From contig NC_079165.1 of assembly GCF_947568905.1 (NCBI RefSeq), forward strand, positions 65,472,001 through 65,536,000: DNA of 64,000 nt, read 5' to 3'. This document shows, piece after piece, positions 43,032-55,814 of this stretch. The DNA comes from Ostrea edulis. Lineage: Eukaryota. The position numbers and the translations under genes were made by a program. The notes under the pieces were generated by a model that was not told the DNA's origin, did no database searches, and was given only the letters and a program-made list of their open reading frames with translations. The stretch's first letter is position 1, and each line of letters begins with the position of its first letter.

Positions 43032-43285
43032 GTGAAAAGGCAACGAACAGTGATTAATCTCATAACTCCCGTAAATAATACAAAATTAAGAGTAGAGCAA
43101 CAACAACAAAAACGGACCTCTGGAACAGAGGAGTATCGGATGTCTAGGAGGAGTAAGCATCTCATGTCAACCGGACACACCCGCCGTGAGCCCTACATCT
43201 AAGTTGGGTAAACAGTGTAATCCGTAGTCAAAATCAGTGTGTAAAGAACACATATCAAACAGCATTTTGCCGTGTGATCAAAACT
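43032..43285 (-). mobile_element. 3' end of a retroelement family shared with 51662-52083
   Basis: Shares aggaggagtaagcatc, cacacccgccgtgagccc and taatccgtagtcaaaatcagtgtg with the longer copy. Confidence 0.7.
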
Positions 43286-43839
43286 CCATTAGATTCATGA
43301 TTTTCAGTGGAAATCGTGTGGAAAAATTGCGTGTTGAACAGCTGAAAGTCACATTGTTTGTTCACCGATGCCATCTCGCACAAAACAATGCAAGTCTGAA
43401 TAAATGCGTGTGTATATTCCGTGATTAAATGTTCATTTTTGACGTCTGCTATGCAAACAATGCGCAACGGTGTAGATCTCTAAGCATATTGAATAACGCG
43501 CGTCATGCATGAAATTTGTCTGCACACTATTATACATATATATCATTAGCACAACAGATGTAAATGAATATATATTTAAGGTTTGTATTTACTTTAGATT
43601 TAGATGTGAATTGATTTTCAAAATTTTCATAAAAGCCAATCGCAACTTCTCGGGTCTTTCCGTCAAGTTTCCTGATCTTGCAGGAAAGACCCGAGAAGTT
43701 GCGTTTTATCCCATTGGATGCACTTGTTTCGGTCTTATTCATCTTATCAATATTTAAAAATTGAGTATTATGCGTAGAATATGTCGTAGGCAACTTTAAA
43801 AGTTGTCACGTGCCAAGACGGACAATGATTACTATAGGA

Positions 43840-44444
43840 CATGCAGTCGTCAAACACAAACAATATACATATTTATAATGAAGGCAAATTAAGCATACAT
43901 GTGAAGCTCAAACAAAACTGGGGTTATGAAAATTATTTATCTGTAGTCATAAATTTAGATCACAGAAGATCATTGTGCAAGTTAAGAATTTCTTCTCAAA
44001 GGTTAAAAATCGAAATGGGTAGGTTTATCAACATTCCTAGAAAGACCGATCATGCACACCATGCCAATCCAATACCATTGAAAATGAAATACATTTGTTG
44101 ATAACATGTGAAAAATACGATAACGAAAGAAAAGAAATATCTAATTTTGTTGAGAAAAAATGTCCAAAATAATGAACAAAAACTATTTTGGCTACTCAAC
44201 ACAGAAGAGAAAGAGATTCTTGATCCTGTGGGCAGATCTATTAACAATAACATGGTATAGTAATATTATATGTATATGTATGGCATTTGTAAAAGACTTA
44301 TGTGTTCTTGAGTATATCTTGTCAGTTATTGCTTAATATGTATAATCTATTGTTTGGCATCTCTTCTCTTCATTGTTGTAATCATCTCAAGTTTGTCTAT
44401 TTTGGACTCTGAATTAGAAATAAAGTATTCTATTCTATTCTATA
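43840..44444 (+). mobile_element. LINE ORF2 C-terminal remnant with (ATTCT)n tail
   Basis: KLKQNWGYENYL..RRSLCKLRISSQRLKIEMGRF, ENEIHLLITC; aataaa followed by attctattctattct. Confidence 0.8.
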
Positions 44445-44981
44445 AATGTAAGCAATAGACATTAATGATAGCATCATCCTTTCTGTCTTTTCCCCCACAC
44501 TTGTGAACATTTAAATACTCATTTACACATTTTATGGCATATGGTTGTGTAATTAACATTTAAGGGAGATGATTATCTAAGTAATGGAACTTGTGCCCAA
44601 TCCTTGGTGTAATTAGCAACAAAATATGTTTAAAGCGATATTTGAAACCTTGACGGTTATACGACGCAATTTTACCGGTCTGATTGACATGAAATCACAG
44701 ACTCTACTTGATGATGCCAGTGATGGGACACCTGTTGATCACAGCCAGGTTTAATATAACTCCACCCCCCCCACCCCCCCCCCACACACACACACGGATG
44801 AAGCAAGAAATGGCCTGCAAGTGGATAGACGGAGACACCGCGATCTACACATGCTGGCTCGATCACTGCTTCTTTCCTAACCCAGTCAGCTAGAGGTTCA
44901 GCGGCGACACTCTTATTCTATGTTATTATTATGTATATACATGTATTTTAAATGTTCGTTACATTCATCTTATATCATTTT

Positions 44982-45336
44982 AAGACCCGAGAAGTTGCGT
45001 TTTATCCCATTGGATGCACTTGTTTCGGTCTTATTCATCTTATCAATATTTAAAATGTCTTTTCCCCCACACTTGTGAATATTTAAATACTCATTTACAC
45101 ATTTTATGGCATATGGTTGTGTAATTAACATTTAAGGGAGATGATTATCTAAGTAATGGAACTTGTGCCCAATCCTTGGTGTAATTAGCAACAAAATACA
45201 TTGTATGTTTAAAGCGATATTTGAAACCTTGACGGTTATACGATGCAATTTTACCGGTCTGATTGACATGAAATCACAGACTCTACTTGATGATGCCAGT
45301 GATGGGACACCTGTTGATCACAGCCAGGTTTAATAT
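44982..45336 (+). repeat. Local duplication joining copies of 43686-43759 and 44484-44757
   Basis: 44982-45055 matches 43686-43759; 45056-45336 matches 44484-44757 with a few substitutions and a small insertion. Confidence 0.9.
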
Positions 45337-46473
45337 GTGTAACACTAAAATTGCACTCTTTTGCGCGATTGATTAGACAACTTCACATATAGCCTTGTTA
45401 TGAAGAGAGGGAGAACACTATTGATTTTTAGATCGAAAGTCAAGGACACTACGGGAAGCTTGTAGACACTATTTGATTAAGCTTTGTTATCAAGAGAGGA
45501 AGAACCTTATGCATTTTGGGGTCAAAGGGTCAAGGTCACTAAGAGATATCATAGAATAAAACTTCACATTCACTGATTGCCTACATTTTGAGGGGATGCC
45601 TCGCTTTTTGGAGCTATTTTTATAAAGTTCATTACCTGTACTGTTACATGTAAATTGAATTCTTATCAAAAATTTATCTTTCATATAAAATTTATTATGA
45701 AATATGTTTATGTATACAATTGTAGAAAAAAAAATCAAATCTGTGTTATTACTACTTTAAAAGCGGTTTCTCACTTTACACTGACATTTTCTCCACATTC
45801 ACTCAAAAATCACACAGTATATAATGATAGATAATGGAATGTACAGATCACATGATCAAAATATACAATGATTTACATGTACATATGAAATAAAAAATAC
45901 ACAAAGTGAATCAACAGTCTTTGATACAAGTCATGATTATCACATCTAGTTCCATTATCAATACAGGTATTAAAATGTCCTTGCATATATCTAATGTATA
46001 AAAAGTTACTTCCAAATGGCATGCATGAAAGTAGTAATGCAGATTTTTAATGGAAAATGAAATAAGAAAAGTTCAGAGCACTGAAACGACTCATTTGGAA
46101 ATTATACCTATATACCACTACAAGATTTCTTTTTTCTTTTAGATAAATACGAAAACGTGTACAAAGTATTACATAAAATCTGTCCATCATGAAGTATCCT
46201 GTACTTACATGTAATAGTCATTAGCAAATGATAAATTCCAACACTACCAAGGGTGTTTATGAAAAATGGATGTACATTATCGTAGAAATCAATTTTCAGT
46301 AAAAAAAAAAAAAAAAAAAAGTTTTGATATCATTGCAAAAGATAAAATAAAGTTTCAGTTGAATATCTTGTTTTAATATTTGACAGTCATTAATTTATGT
46401 TGAGATTATCACATTGAAGCCATTGCTTTGAAATGATGTGATTCTGTCTGATGATCTGATCTTGTTTCCATGG

Positions 46474-49400
46474 CTACCTGTACAGATGGTAAAGTGCCTG
46501 GGAAACCAAAGCAATGGACAAGAGAACATAACTCAGCTGTGTAGAACTTCCTCCCAACTGTAAGAACATAAAAAACTTATCAAATGTGTGATTATGTCAG
46601 TTTTTTGTTGTTACTATGTAATTCAATTTCTTCCAAGCCTTTTTATTTCATTCTGTCACTGTTATGTCCCTCTTTATATCTTAATAAACAAAATACATGG
46701 AAATTGTTTTGGTCAATGCAGGTGGCCATGGTATCTATGTTAGCAGGTGGCCCATGGTATCTATGTTAGCAGGTGGCCCATGGTATCTATCTTATTCAAG
46801 AAACAAAACAATGACTGACATAGAATTATGCCTAATTTTAAATACTAAACAAAATCAACAAAAGTTGGTTTGAATACTGTAAACCAACTTTTATTGATGA
46901 AGACTTTATTTCACGATTTACTAATGATGAACTGGTTCGCGACAACTTATCTTCGTGACCAAGATTATCTTAAAACAAATACAAAAATCAAAGGGCTGGT
47001 TCGCAGTGAGAAATATTCGTGATGAGGCTCTCACCAGCCTCGAGAAAATTTCTCGCATACATGAGGTCATAAGATTTATTTCAAATCTGCCATGGTCTAC
47101 AGTATTTAAACCAAGATTTTGTTGATTTTGTTTTAATAGCTTTAGGGAATCTAATTAATTAGACTTGGCCTTTAATAGTAAACTTAATATGCTCACAGTA
47201 TGATGGTCCTAGACATTGTAAATGTTCTAATTTTAGCATATTTAAAATTTGGTGCATTTAGAGCTGATGCACTATTTGACATGATAATGATTTAGTGCTG
47301 TTTTGTGTTTGATAATGGATGAATAGAGATTTTGATATTTTAGTACAAACATAAATTAGTACCATTGTTTTACAGTCAAAACCCCAAAAATTTGATATGT
47401 ACACTTACAGTACATTAGATTAAATAAATGATACAAAAATAAAGAACACTGACCGTTACATAGTAATTGCATCTGTCTCCCTGACAACACTCCACACAGT
47501 TCCAGTCCCGGTACCAATCTCTCATACACTTGAATCCCATAGCAGCTGACTGGGCATCACAAGTGGCTTTTGTTTCACATGACTTTGAGATGTTGTGGTA
47601 CCTCTCGCTGACTCTCTGCCAGAATCTCGGCTCTGATGGATGAGATTAATTTGTTAACAGTCAGTATAATCTTTATAAACAAGAAACATTTAATTTCATT
47701 ATATATGAGAATTTGTCGTTTTAATACATATATCTATTAAGCAAGTACAGCCAAATCTGTCACAGCAGTCACCTCTCTCAAGTGGTCACTTGTCTCCTGC
47801 AGTCAATTCGTTCTCATTAAAAATTCAATATACATGTAACTCTATTAAAAGATCCTCCTGTGAAACTCAGTCAGCGGTCATCACATTTCATTCCAAACCA
47901 CCATTTTCCCCTGTGTATAGCAACCATTTTAAATTGTCACATGACTTAACTGTATATACATCTAGGGTCTATCTTTTAAATGCAGCTAGATGGTTTCTGA
48001 ATGCACTGCTAGTAATGTAAGCAACTGACTAAGCGTGACAGAATCTCATGAACCTAACTGGTCTAATTAGATCAATTTTGAAATGTTGTATGAAGAAATA
48101 ATGTAGTCTATATGCATATTTTACATGTACACATGTACTTTCTAAGCATTTAGTATTTCAAATTATAGAATGTCCAAATCTCATTTGATAAGTGGACCCC
48201 TACTAAGAGGTCACCTTCATTGAATCCCACTGGTAGCTACTTTCAACTTAGTTGCCAACCTAGCTGCAATAATGTAGCCCTCTCTGATTATTTTTATTCT
48301 GACGTTTTCGGGAGAGGGCTGCAAAATTTCATAGGATCTTCATAATGGTGCAAATTTTTTTATGAATAACCTGTAATAAGCTCCATGTATTTATCTCCAA
48401 TGTTGTTTACACTAAAAAGAGTACCAACTTTGTGCTTGAGCATGTCTAATAAAGGGTTTTTTCATTAAATAAAAATTCTTCATCTGCTCCACTATGCAAG
48501 TTATCGCATGATCTCGTAGGTGGATCTACTGAAAAAACCTTAACATTGACTCGGCATGAAAATGTAGTTAATCGAGTCATTCCGACAAAGAAAGGAAAAT
48601 CATATGGTGGCAGAAAAAATTTACACTCTGCTGTTTGTTTTTTAACTTGATATCAAATTTAAACTTTTTCAATACTGACGAAATTGCTTTCTCCTCCATA
48701 AAAAGGAAATGCTTAAAATTTAGCATATATTGAATATTTTTATTTTCCATACCAAACAATTAACAATTTCTTTCACCTAAAAGATAATTTTGTTCATTAG
48801 GAATCACGCAACCCAAACAGCAAGGTAAATGGCAACCAAGTTGAAAGGTCAGTTGACGAATAACAGGGGAAGGTGCAGCTGAATTGAGTTTGCATACATG
48901 ATATCATATTAAGTGATAAAACATAGATACTGCAGGATGTTTGATTACTTGATATTGCTGATTGGCTAATGCAAGGCTAATCTTTCCCTTGGAATTTTGA
49001 TTAAAATGTCCATTAAAAATTCTCAGATAGATTACTACTTCTACTATATCAATACAACATTAATACAAGTATTAATGGTTATTTGTTAAATATACTATAT
49101 CATTTCAAAAATACAGGCACATGTATTTATTAAAGGTTCTAATAACATGTGTTCGTGTTTATTTACACCTGTTACCTATTGGGTAGTCTAATTGTCACCT
49201 TGTCAGGTGACATCTAAATAGATTTTAAATGACCACCGTCAGTGAGTAGAATTTTGAAACCATTCAAAGGCTCTTTTTAGTGTAGATAACTTATGCCACA
49301 CCCGCCCTTGCCTTACTCGAGTACTTTGATTTATCATTAAAAATTGTTTTATTTTGTAGAAAGGAAGAGAATACTGCGTGAAGAATTGTTTATGTATATC

Positions 49401-50520
49401 AGTGTTTTTGAGTAAACTGGACGTTCAGAGCGCTTCATATCCTAACCTACGTGTTTGTGTTTATTTATAAATTATTTATGTCCGTTTGAGTAGAACGAAT
49501 AAGAACATAAATTATCATACTGTTATGTCCTTAACAGGTCCAACCTGAGTATATTGGTGATATCAAAAATCATAATAAAACATTTTCAGAAAAGTAAAAA
49601 AAAAAAAGGGGGGGGGGGGGGCTTGTATAACATAACATATTACATACAAAGTGAACACAAACAGATGCAGCTAGACAACAACTGTATTGATGAAAGCTCT
49701 AAATACTTACACTGCCATCTGATTTCTGTATTGAAAGCTCTAAATACTTATGCTGCCATCTGATTTCTGTATTGAAAGCTCTAAATACTTACACTGCCAT
49801 CTGATTTCTGTATTGAAAGCTCTAATACTTACGCTGCCATTTAATTTCTGTATTGAAAGCTCTAAGTACTTACGCTGCCATTTAATTTCTGAATTGAAAG
49901 CTCTAAATACTTACGCTGCCATCTGATTTCTGTCCTGCAGGCATCTTGCTCTTTCTCACACTGAATGGTTGTCTTAACGCATTTGTCTTTATTTGTTCTC
50001 TGACCCAAACATACATAGCATTCCAGAGCAAAACCTGCAAATTCACAATAGGCCTATATTATACATGCATGAAACTTTCTTCAGTAAAAAATCAAAAGTT
50101 TTCATAAAACACGGTGTCATCATCTATTCATTATGTTACTTATAGTTACTGTGTATAGATAATATTGTTAATTCTTTTATTTCACAGGTGGTTCTGGCCA
50201 CAATCATCTGGTTGATTAAAGTGCTTAATTGTCATTTCTTGAAAAATAAAAATGCTCTGCTGTTACTAGCATTTCTCGTTACTTTTTGTCGTACAATTTT
50301 ACTATAGTATTTCCTATTTGACACATTTAAGACACAAATCATGGTAAATTAAAATTATCAATGTCTATTGCATATTGTTTGGAGTCAGTCACTTCCGGAA
50401 TCTCAATATTCTACCTATCAGCACGTCTAAGTTATCTTAAATGGCTAGATAAAGAAAATGTATATACTTACATGAGCCAATTAAACACAGAAGACCCAAA
50501 AGGACCACTGTATTCTTCAT
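46474..50520 (-). CDS. GPI-anchored Ly6/uPAR (three-finger) protein, coiled-like, 143 aa; exons 50520-50472, 50034-49915, 47632-47454, 46557-46474
   Basis: MKNTVVLLGLLCLIGSCFA (signal) LECYVCLGQRTNKDKCVKTTIQCEKEQDACRTEIRWQQPRFWQRVSERYHNISKSCETKATC..CMRDWYRDWNCVECCQGDRCNYYVT LGGSSTQLSYVLLSIALVSQALYHLYR*. GT-AG introns, phases 1,1,0; CCxxDxCN motif and hydrophobic C-terminus. Absent from the ORF track because the exons are short. Confidence 0.93.
46875..47104. mobile_element. TA-flanked MITE in Ly6 gene intron 3
   Basis: Termini tactgtaaacca / tggtctacagta; internal ttcgcg/tcacga-type repeats. Confidence 0.6.
49683..49932 (-). repeat. 41-bp tandem array of the exon-2 end plus 5' splice site, 6 units
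   Basis: Sense unit cagaaatcagatggcagc|gtaagtatttagagctttcaata; donor G at 49914 (genuine), 49873, 49832, 49792, 49710; the unit at 49751 is mutated to AT. Confidence 0.95.
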
Positions 50521-50860
50521 TTTATATAGTTTTTAGAATTTTTACCTGTACACATTCATAGAATTTTTTAAGGTACAGGTAAAGCGGAAATAATAAGTAT
50601 GTAAACTCCAAAAGTGGTTTCGTCGGAATATCAAATTCCGGATTATCAACTCTGGGAACCGGGATGTCTTTGCAGGCAGGTAGTAACGGGATGGGATCGG
50701 GTGACAAATTATTTTGACGTATTTTACGTACATGACCCCCCCCACACACACACACACACACACACCCCACACACACACACTTCCAAGTTTGTTTTTTATA
50801 CCAGTAATGAATAGTACTTTAGTGGAATGGAAGAAAAGCTAAAATTCCATTGAACCCGTG

Positions 50861-50980
50861 CACAGGTGCTTGGGTCATACATGTAATATAAAAATACACA
50901 TCTAACTTTATACATATGTAAATATTTACATATATAAAGTTAGATGCGTATTCATATATTTTATGACCCAAGCACCTGTG
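50861..50980. mobile_element. Fold-back hAT-like MITE (copy 2) with perfect 8-bp TSD
   Basis: Arms cacaggtgcttgggtcata / tatgacccaagcacctgtg; aacccgtg at 50853-50860 and 50981-50988. Confidence 0.85.
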
Positions 50981-51261
50981 AACCCGTGCAGTGATATGAA
51001 AGATCGACGCCCCCTTATGGTTTAGGATTTTGAAGTCTGGGTAAAACTACCGCCTTGGTTCACACACGCGTGCTCGCACGCACACACACCCTTTACCATA
51101 GCCCCTCTCGCAATGAACTTAATGAATGTTCAATTGACTTCTCCGGCTGCCTCCTCCCAACAGTTAACTTACTGTGTCAACTTCGTACATACGTTGTGTA
51201 CATGACATGTAACTCGATCATACATCTCCATTTCCAAGTGCATGAATACCTTTGATACAAT

Positions 51262-51584
51262 CAGGGCCGTAAATTACATGGAGGCGGAGGAGGCAGCTGC
51301 CTCCTCCAACTTTTGAGCCAAAAAAAAATTAAAATTTAAAGTTCATTAGAATTTATGTTGTTTCCAATAACTAAGAACATGATACCTCCCTTAAAAAGCA
51401 TTCCAAATCTTTCTTTTAAAATGAGTTAGTCAAGTAACATCTTAGAAGGCCCTAGAATCAAGGATTTTGCACGAAACGTGTTCAGTGTGCACAAAATGTG
51501 CTCAGCGTCTGGGGGCCTGGGCGGCCCCCAGACCCCCGCCTAATTTCCTGCCTCCTCCAAATTGAAGGTTAATTTACGGCCCTG
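51262..51584. mobile_element. CAG..CTG MITE with 5-bp TSD
   Basis: Perfect 15-bp TIR cagggccgtaaatta / taatttacggccctg; acaat on both flanks. Confidence 0.85.
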
Positions 51585-51661
51585 ACAATGTCATGTTTAA
51601 ATGATTTCTACAGTTATATTCATCAAGGCCAGGGTATCCATGCGATGAGGACGGTCTGTAA

Positions 51662-52083
51662 TGAAAGGCGAAGATAACGAACAGTGATCAATCTCACAAC
51701 TCTCACACGGAATACAAAACAAAGGGTTGGGCAAACACGGACCCCTGGGCATATTGGACCAGCTCTAGGTGGGATGAGGCGCCTATAGGAGGAGTAAGCA
51801 TCCCCTGTCGACCGGTCACACCCGCCGTGAGCCCCATGTCTTGATCAGGTACACTGATGTAAACAGAGTAATCCGTAGTCAAAATCAGTGTGCCAAAAAA
51901 CGGCCTGACAATCAGTTTGAAACACGTCAAACAGCATTCGACCCAATGATCAGGCTATATAGGCAAACCAGATCATTATAACGAGCATAGAATTTGTGAA
52001 ATGATGACTTTAAACGAGACTGTTGAAACTCCTGTAACATCAATTTGCTTGTCAGTAGCCTGCCTCGATTTAAAAACTGATCA
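51662..52083 (-). mobile_element. Retroelement 3' end, probably Penelope-like RT C-terminus plus 3' region
   Basis: DQFLNRGRLLTSKLMLQEFQQSRLKSSFHKFYARYNDLVC, then a 3' region with ggggatgcttactcctcc..catcccacc; the clade assignment is inference from recalled motifs. Confidence 0.65.
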
Positions 52084-52279
52084 AGCTCTCGCGTAAATAC
52101 ATGAGCTGCTTTTAGACATTATCTTTTGTGTGGAGAAACCACCATCCAAGTCTGCACAACCAGGGCAGAAAAAAAGTTATCCAAGGAAACGGAGGAACGG
52201 TGCCAGAGTATGGAACGCAAAATTCACGTATACTATATTTTATATTATAGAAATCATTTACTGTCTGTAAAAAGATAAT

Positions 52280-52930
52280 AAAGACGCGGCCAGATAATTG
52301 TTTTCGTGTACCTATTACTATCTATAACGAAATGATATCAGATGTGACCAGGTAATTGTATCGACACAAGTTTACACACAAGTTTGTATCTATAATAGGA
52401 TGATTTCAGACATACACTAGATGATTACTTCCATGTACCTACATACTATTATGATGGAAGAATATCGATGTGACCAGATAATATTGCTTTCATTCAACGT
52501 TTACTAGCTGTAACGGGAGAGTATCGATATAGGCTATAACCAGATAGTTGCTTTCATTTACCTTTTACTAGCTATCTGTAACGGGAGAATATCGATATAG
52601 CCAGATAATTGATTCCTTGTTACTTTTACTAGCCATCTATAACAGATAATATCGATACATTCAGATAATTGCTTTTACTAGCCATCTATAACGGATAATA
52701 TCGATACATTCAGATAATTGCTTTTACTAGCCATCTGTAACGGATAATATCGGTATAAACAGATGCTTGCTTTCATATACCTATTACTTACTATCTTAAA
52801 AAAAACTTCCCGGGTGATATCGAACGTGGCTAGATAATTACTTCCATACATGTACATTACATAGGATGAAATCAGACACACACCGCAGAATTGCTTCCAT
52901 ATACTTTTTGCTATCTTAACAGGAAAATAT
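52280..52930. repeat. Degenerate tandem repeat (about 49-65 bp units)
   Basis: Recurring cagataattgct..tactagc(c)atct(a/g)taacgga..aatatcgata; the cleanest 49-bp copies are at about 52645-52755. Confidence 0.7.
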
Positions 52931-54361
52931 CAAAATACATGAACGACATTGTACGTACATAAGTTATATTTAGGCATACAGTTGTAATAGTACTAAGTTT
53001 TGACAACCCATTACTGACAAATATATGTTTTTATATTCATACATATTTAGATCTTAGATCCACCCCTTTATTTACACCACTACACAAAGGTACACTTACA
53101 ATTTATATACCTTGGGGGCTTTGGTCATAGATCTGAGTGTGGTCATTTTGTATGAAGGGTTTTTATTGGTCAGTGATTGTAAAGTTGCATTTGGTTGGTT
53201 TTCTCGGTTCTATAGTTTTACCGCCAGTTTTGAGCAGTATTAATATTATTCAGAAGCTAGGTAGACATTTGAATTGACATGATTTTTAGAAAGAGTTTAA
53301 TACTGACAGCAGACTACAAAATCCTTGATTTCTGGTGAGTAACATATTTATACTAATTCCTATTGCTACTAGTTAATTAAAAGTCTATTCTGTATATTTG
53401 CAATATAAACTTCCCATTTGCACTTTTACTAAATGACTGAAAGAATGAATGAATGAGTCCAATTATCCATTATATTGATTAAAGAATTCAGTTATATATA
53501 TTACTACATTGTAAGGTGATATAAATCAGTTTACATAGATTTTATGCTTATCAAAAGTATTTGATGACTGCTCAAAATGAGCAATTAGATATTTAGTTTA
53601 ATTCATGAAAGTGATTTTACATTGTACATACATGGTACTTTATTGAATTATAGAGTCAATCCTTGAATCCTGATATATTGTCCGAGCTGTAAATTTTCTG
53701 AGGGAAGCTTCTTCCCATAGAAAGGTATGTCAATATTGTTGTTTTATTTCATTAATTAACTTTTTATGAATATTCACGGGAGAAATACTATTTTGCAAAA
53801 TGATGTATCTTTAGAGTTATCTCCCTTAAATGATAGACGTATCTTGATGGAAATCAGTAAGATTAAATATCGTTTAGCATAGGTTTTGATTGTTAAGTTA
53901 ATATTATATAATTGTTTTATCATATTTTAGGGCTATCTTTAGAGATAGATATATTGTCTATTCCATCATTGTGTCCGAATAAATATATTGAGACCTGAAC
54001 CCTACAGGCGTTTCGTCAGTTGTTCTTGTTGGGAGAAACCCCTGCTACACAGTGAAAGTTCTTTATTGTGCCAACGCCTGCCGCGACACGGGGCCTCTGT
54101 TTTTACAACATGAACCCATTACAGTTATATCTAGGCATGTACACAAGTCATGTTTAGGCATATACTCTGTACTGAAGGGTTTGGAAGAATTGTCGCTGTA
54201 CAGCCTCTTGATATATCATAGCAGGATAAGATGTACAAGTTTTGAAGATCTAGTCTTTATCATTTAATTAGATAAAGGTGCAGCATATATACAGTAAACA
54301 AGCCTGGTGTAAATAACAATCACAAGTTAACTTTCTACAGTTTTGATATACATCACTTCCT

Positions 54362-55814
54362 TTATGTCGCAGCAGGTGTTTGGGATGACGACACTGAGGG
54401 TAATCTGAGTCCAACAGGGTAAGCATAAGACTGTGTGTCATCAAAACCATACAAAAGTAAGCCGAATTTGACATTAGGATCCACGTGTGTGACGTAGTGC
54501 TGTCCTGGACTCACTTCCACTGAGATTATGAGGTATATGACTCCGTTAACCAGCAGGACATCCAGTCCCTCGATTTTGGAGTTGATCGTGTCTCCGTCCA
54601 ATGTAATTTGGTCCACATCGTGACTTTTCACTAAGAATACAAGATAGTGTGTCAAGTTCTCTTTGGTCGGGGTATGGAATTTGTAATTGTTAGAATATTG
54701 ATCCAAGGAGGGGACTAGCAGTAAGAATGGACTGATTGTGAACGGTGCAGCTGTTACAATGAGAGGTTTTTCGCTGGATCCGTGGTACGGATTAGAGGCT
54801 CCTGCAGTAATCCTGGATACTCCTCGCTTTCGGAGCTGACTGGAAAGGTTGACATTTTTCCCCTTTGTTGTAATTACGTTGTCGACTCCAAGATTGCTGT
54901 AGTAGAGATTGATGTAGGTAGTATTAAATAAGGGAGGAACAATGAATTCGGTACCGATACTATTGGATGGCGGGATGAATTCGATCATTTGATTATATTT
55001 AGCTCTCGAAGGAGAGCCGAAAAACTGACCCGATATGAGCCCCACTGGTTTGTTAGAATATACACGGGTACCCATAAGATATCCTAGAGGAGTCTGTAGT
55101 TGAGCAGTTTGTCCCTTTGAAAGAGTGAAAGATATGTTCTCTCCCATACCATAATGCTTCGATTGAAAAGTCACGCCACCCCAGAATCCTTTTGTGACAT
55201 TCACCTCCGTGTTGTCGTCTGTGGCCACTAAAGCTACTGTGCTGTTGTACTGGGTAGCAGTATAGTACATTTTGCCCCAGAAATCTACGGGGATCGCTTG
55301 GAATCCTTCCCCGGCACAACATTCGTCACCAGAATGTCCATAGACATAAATTGGATGATCGGATTCGATAATGATCCCTTTGTTTTCTATCTCATTTCCA
55401 TCTAGAACTATTCCCGGTGGAAGGGGTACTACAGCGCCTTCGTTTGCTTTCACTTGCAAGACCCTGTCTACCCCAGGATAACCGGAAGTCAGCCTTACTT
55501 CTGTGTCCAGCAGACTGGATATTAAGAGTTCCGCCCTAGTCACTGGCTTCTTTCCATCTGGAAACATTACCACGTGTCTTCTTCCTCCGTGTCCTTCATA
55601 AAAATATCACGAAAATTAACAGTACATTGTAGTGCTATCCAGACATACACGTTTTCAGTAATTAAAATATTGCAAATCAATATCAAAACAGCCAGTGAAT
55701 CCAATGTTCATAACTGAAACCAAAGAAAGATAAGATAATACCTGTTGATTGTCCTTTGATATTACAATGGAAAAGTTGTACCAAAGCAAGACTCAAAATT
55801 ACTTTACGAAACAT
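54362..55814 (-). CDS. Secreted IgGFc-binding-protein N-terminal-domain protein, 434 aa; exons 55814-55742 and 55593-54362
   Basis: Signal exon MFRKVILSLALVQLFHCNIKGQST(G) splices in phase 1 (148-nt GT-AG intron) to GHGGRRHVVMFP..IIIESDHPIYVYG..EGFQAIPVDFWGKMYY..LVATDDNTEV..GTRVYSNKPVGLISG..LVPSLDQYSNNY..FGLLLYGFDDTQSYAYPVG, the typical domain motifs. Confidence 0.9.

Noticed and set aside
53990-54030. Minus-strand CTGACGAAACGCC resembling a hammerhead core
   Set aside because: CTGACGA overlaps GAAA with no stem II and no matching stem I.
55650-55713. Signal-peptide-like frame LDSLAVLILICNILITENV and an extra acceptor at 55714
   Set aside because: No in-frame ATG, wrong donor phase, and the implied intron from 55741 would be only 28 nt; exon 55814-55742 explains the N-terminus cleanly.
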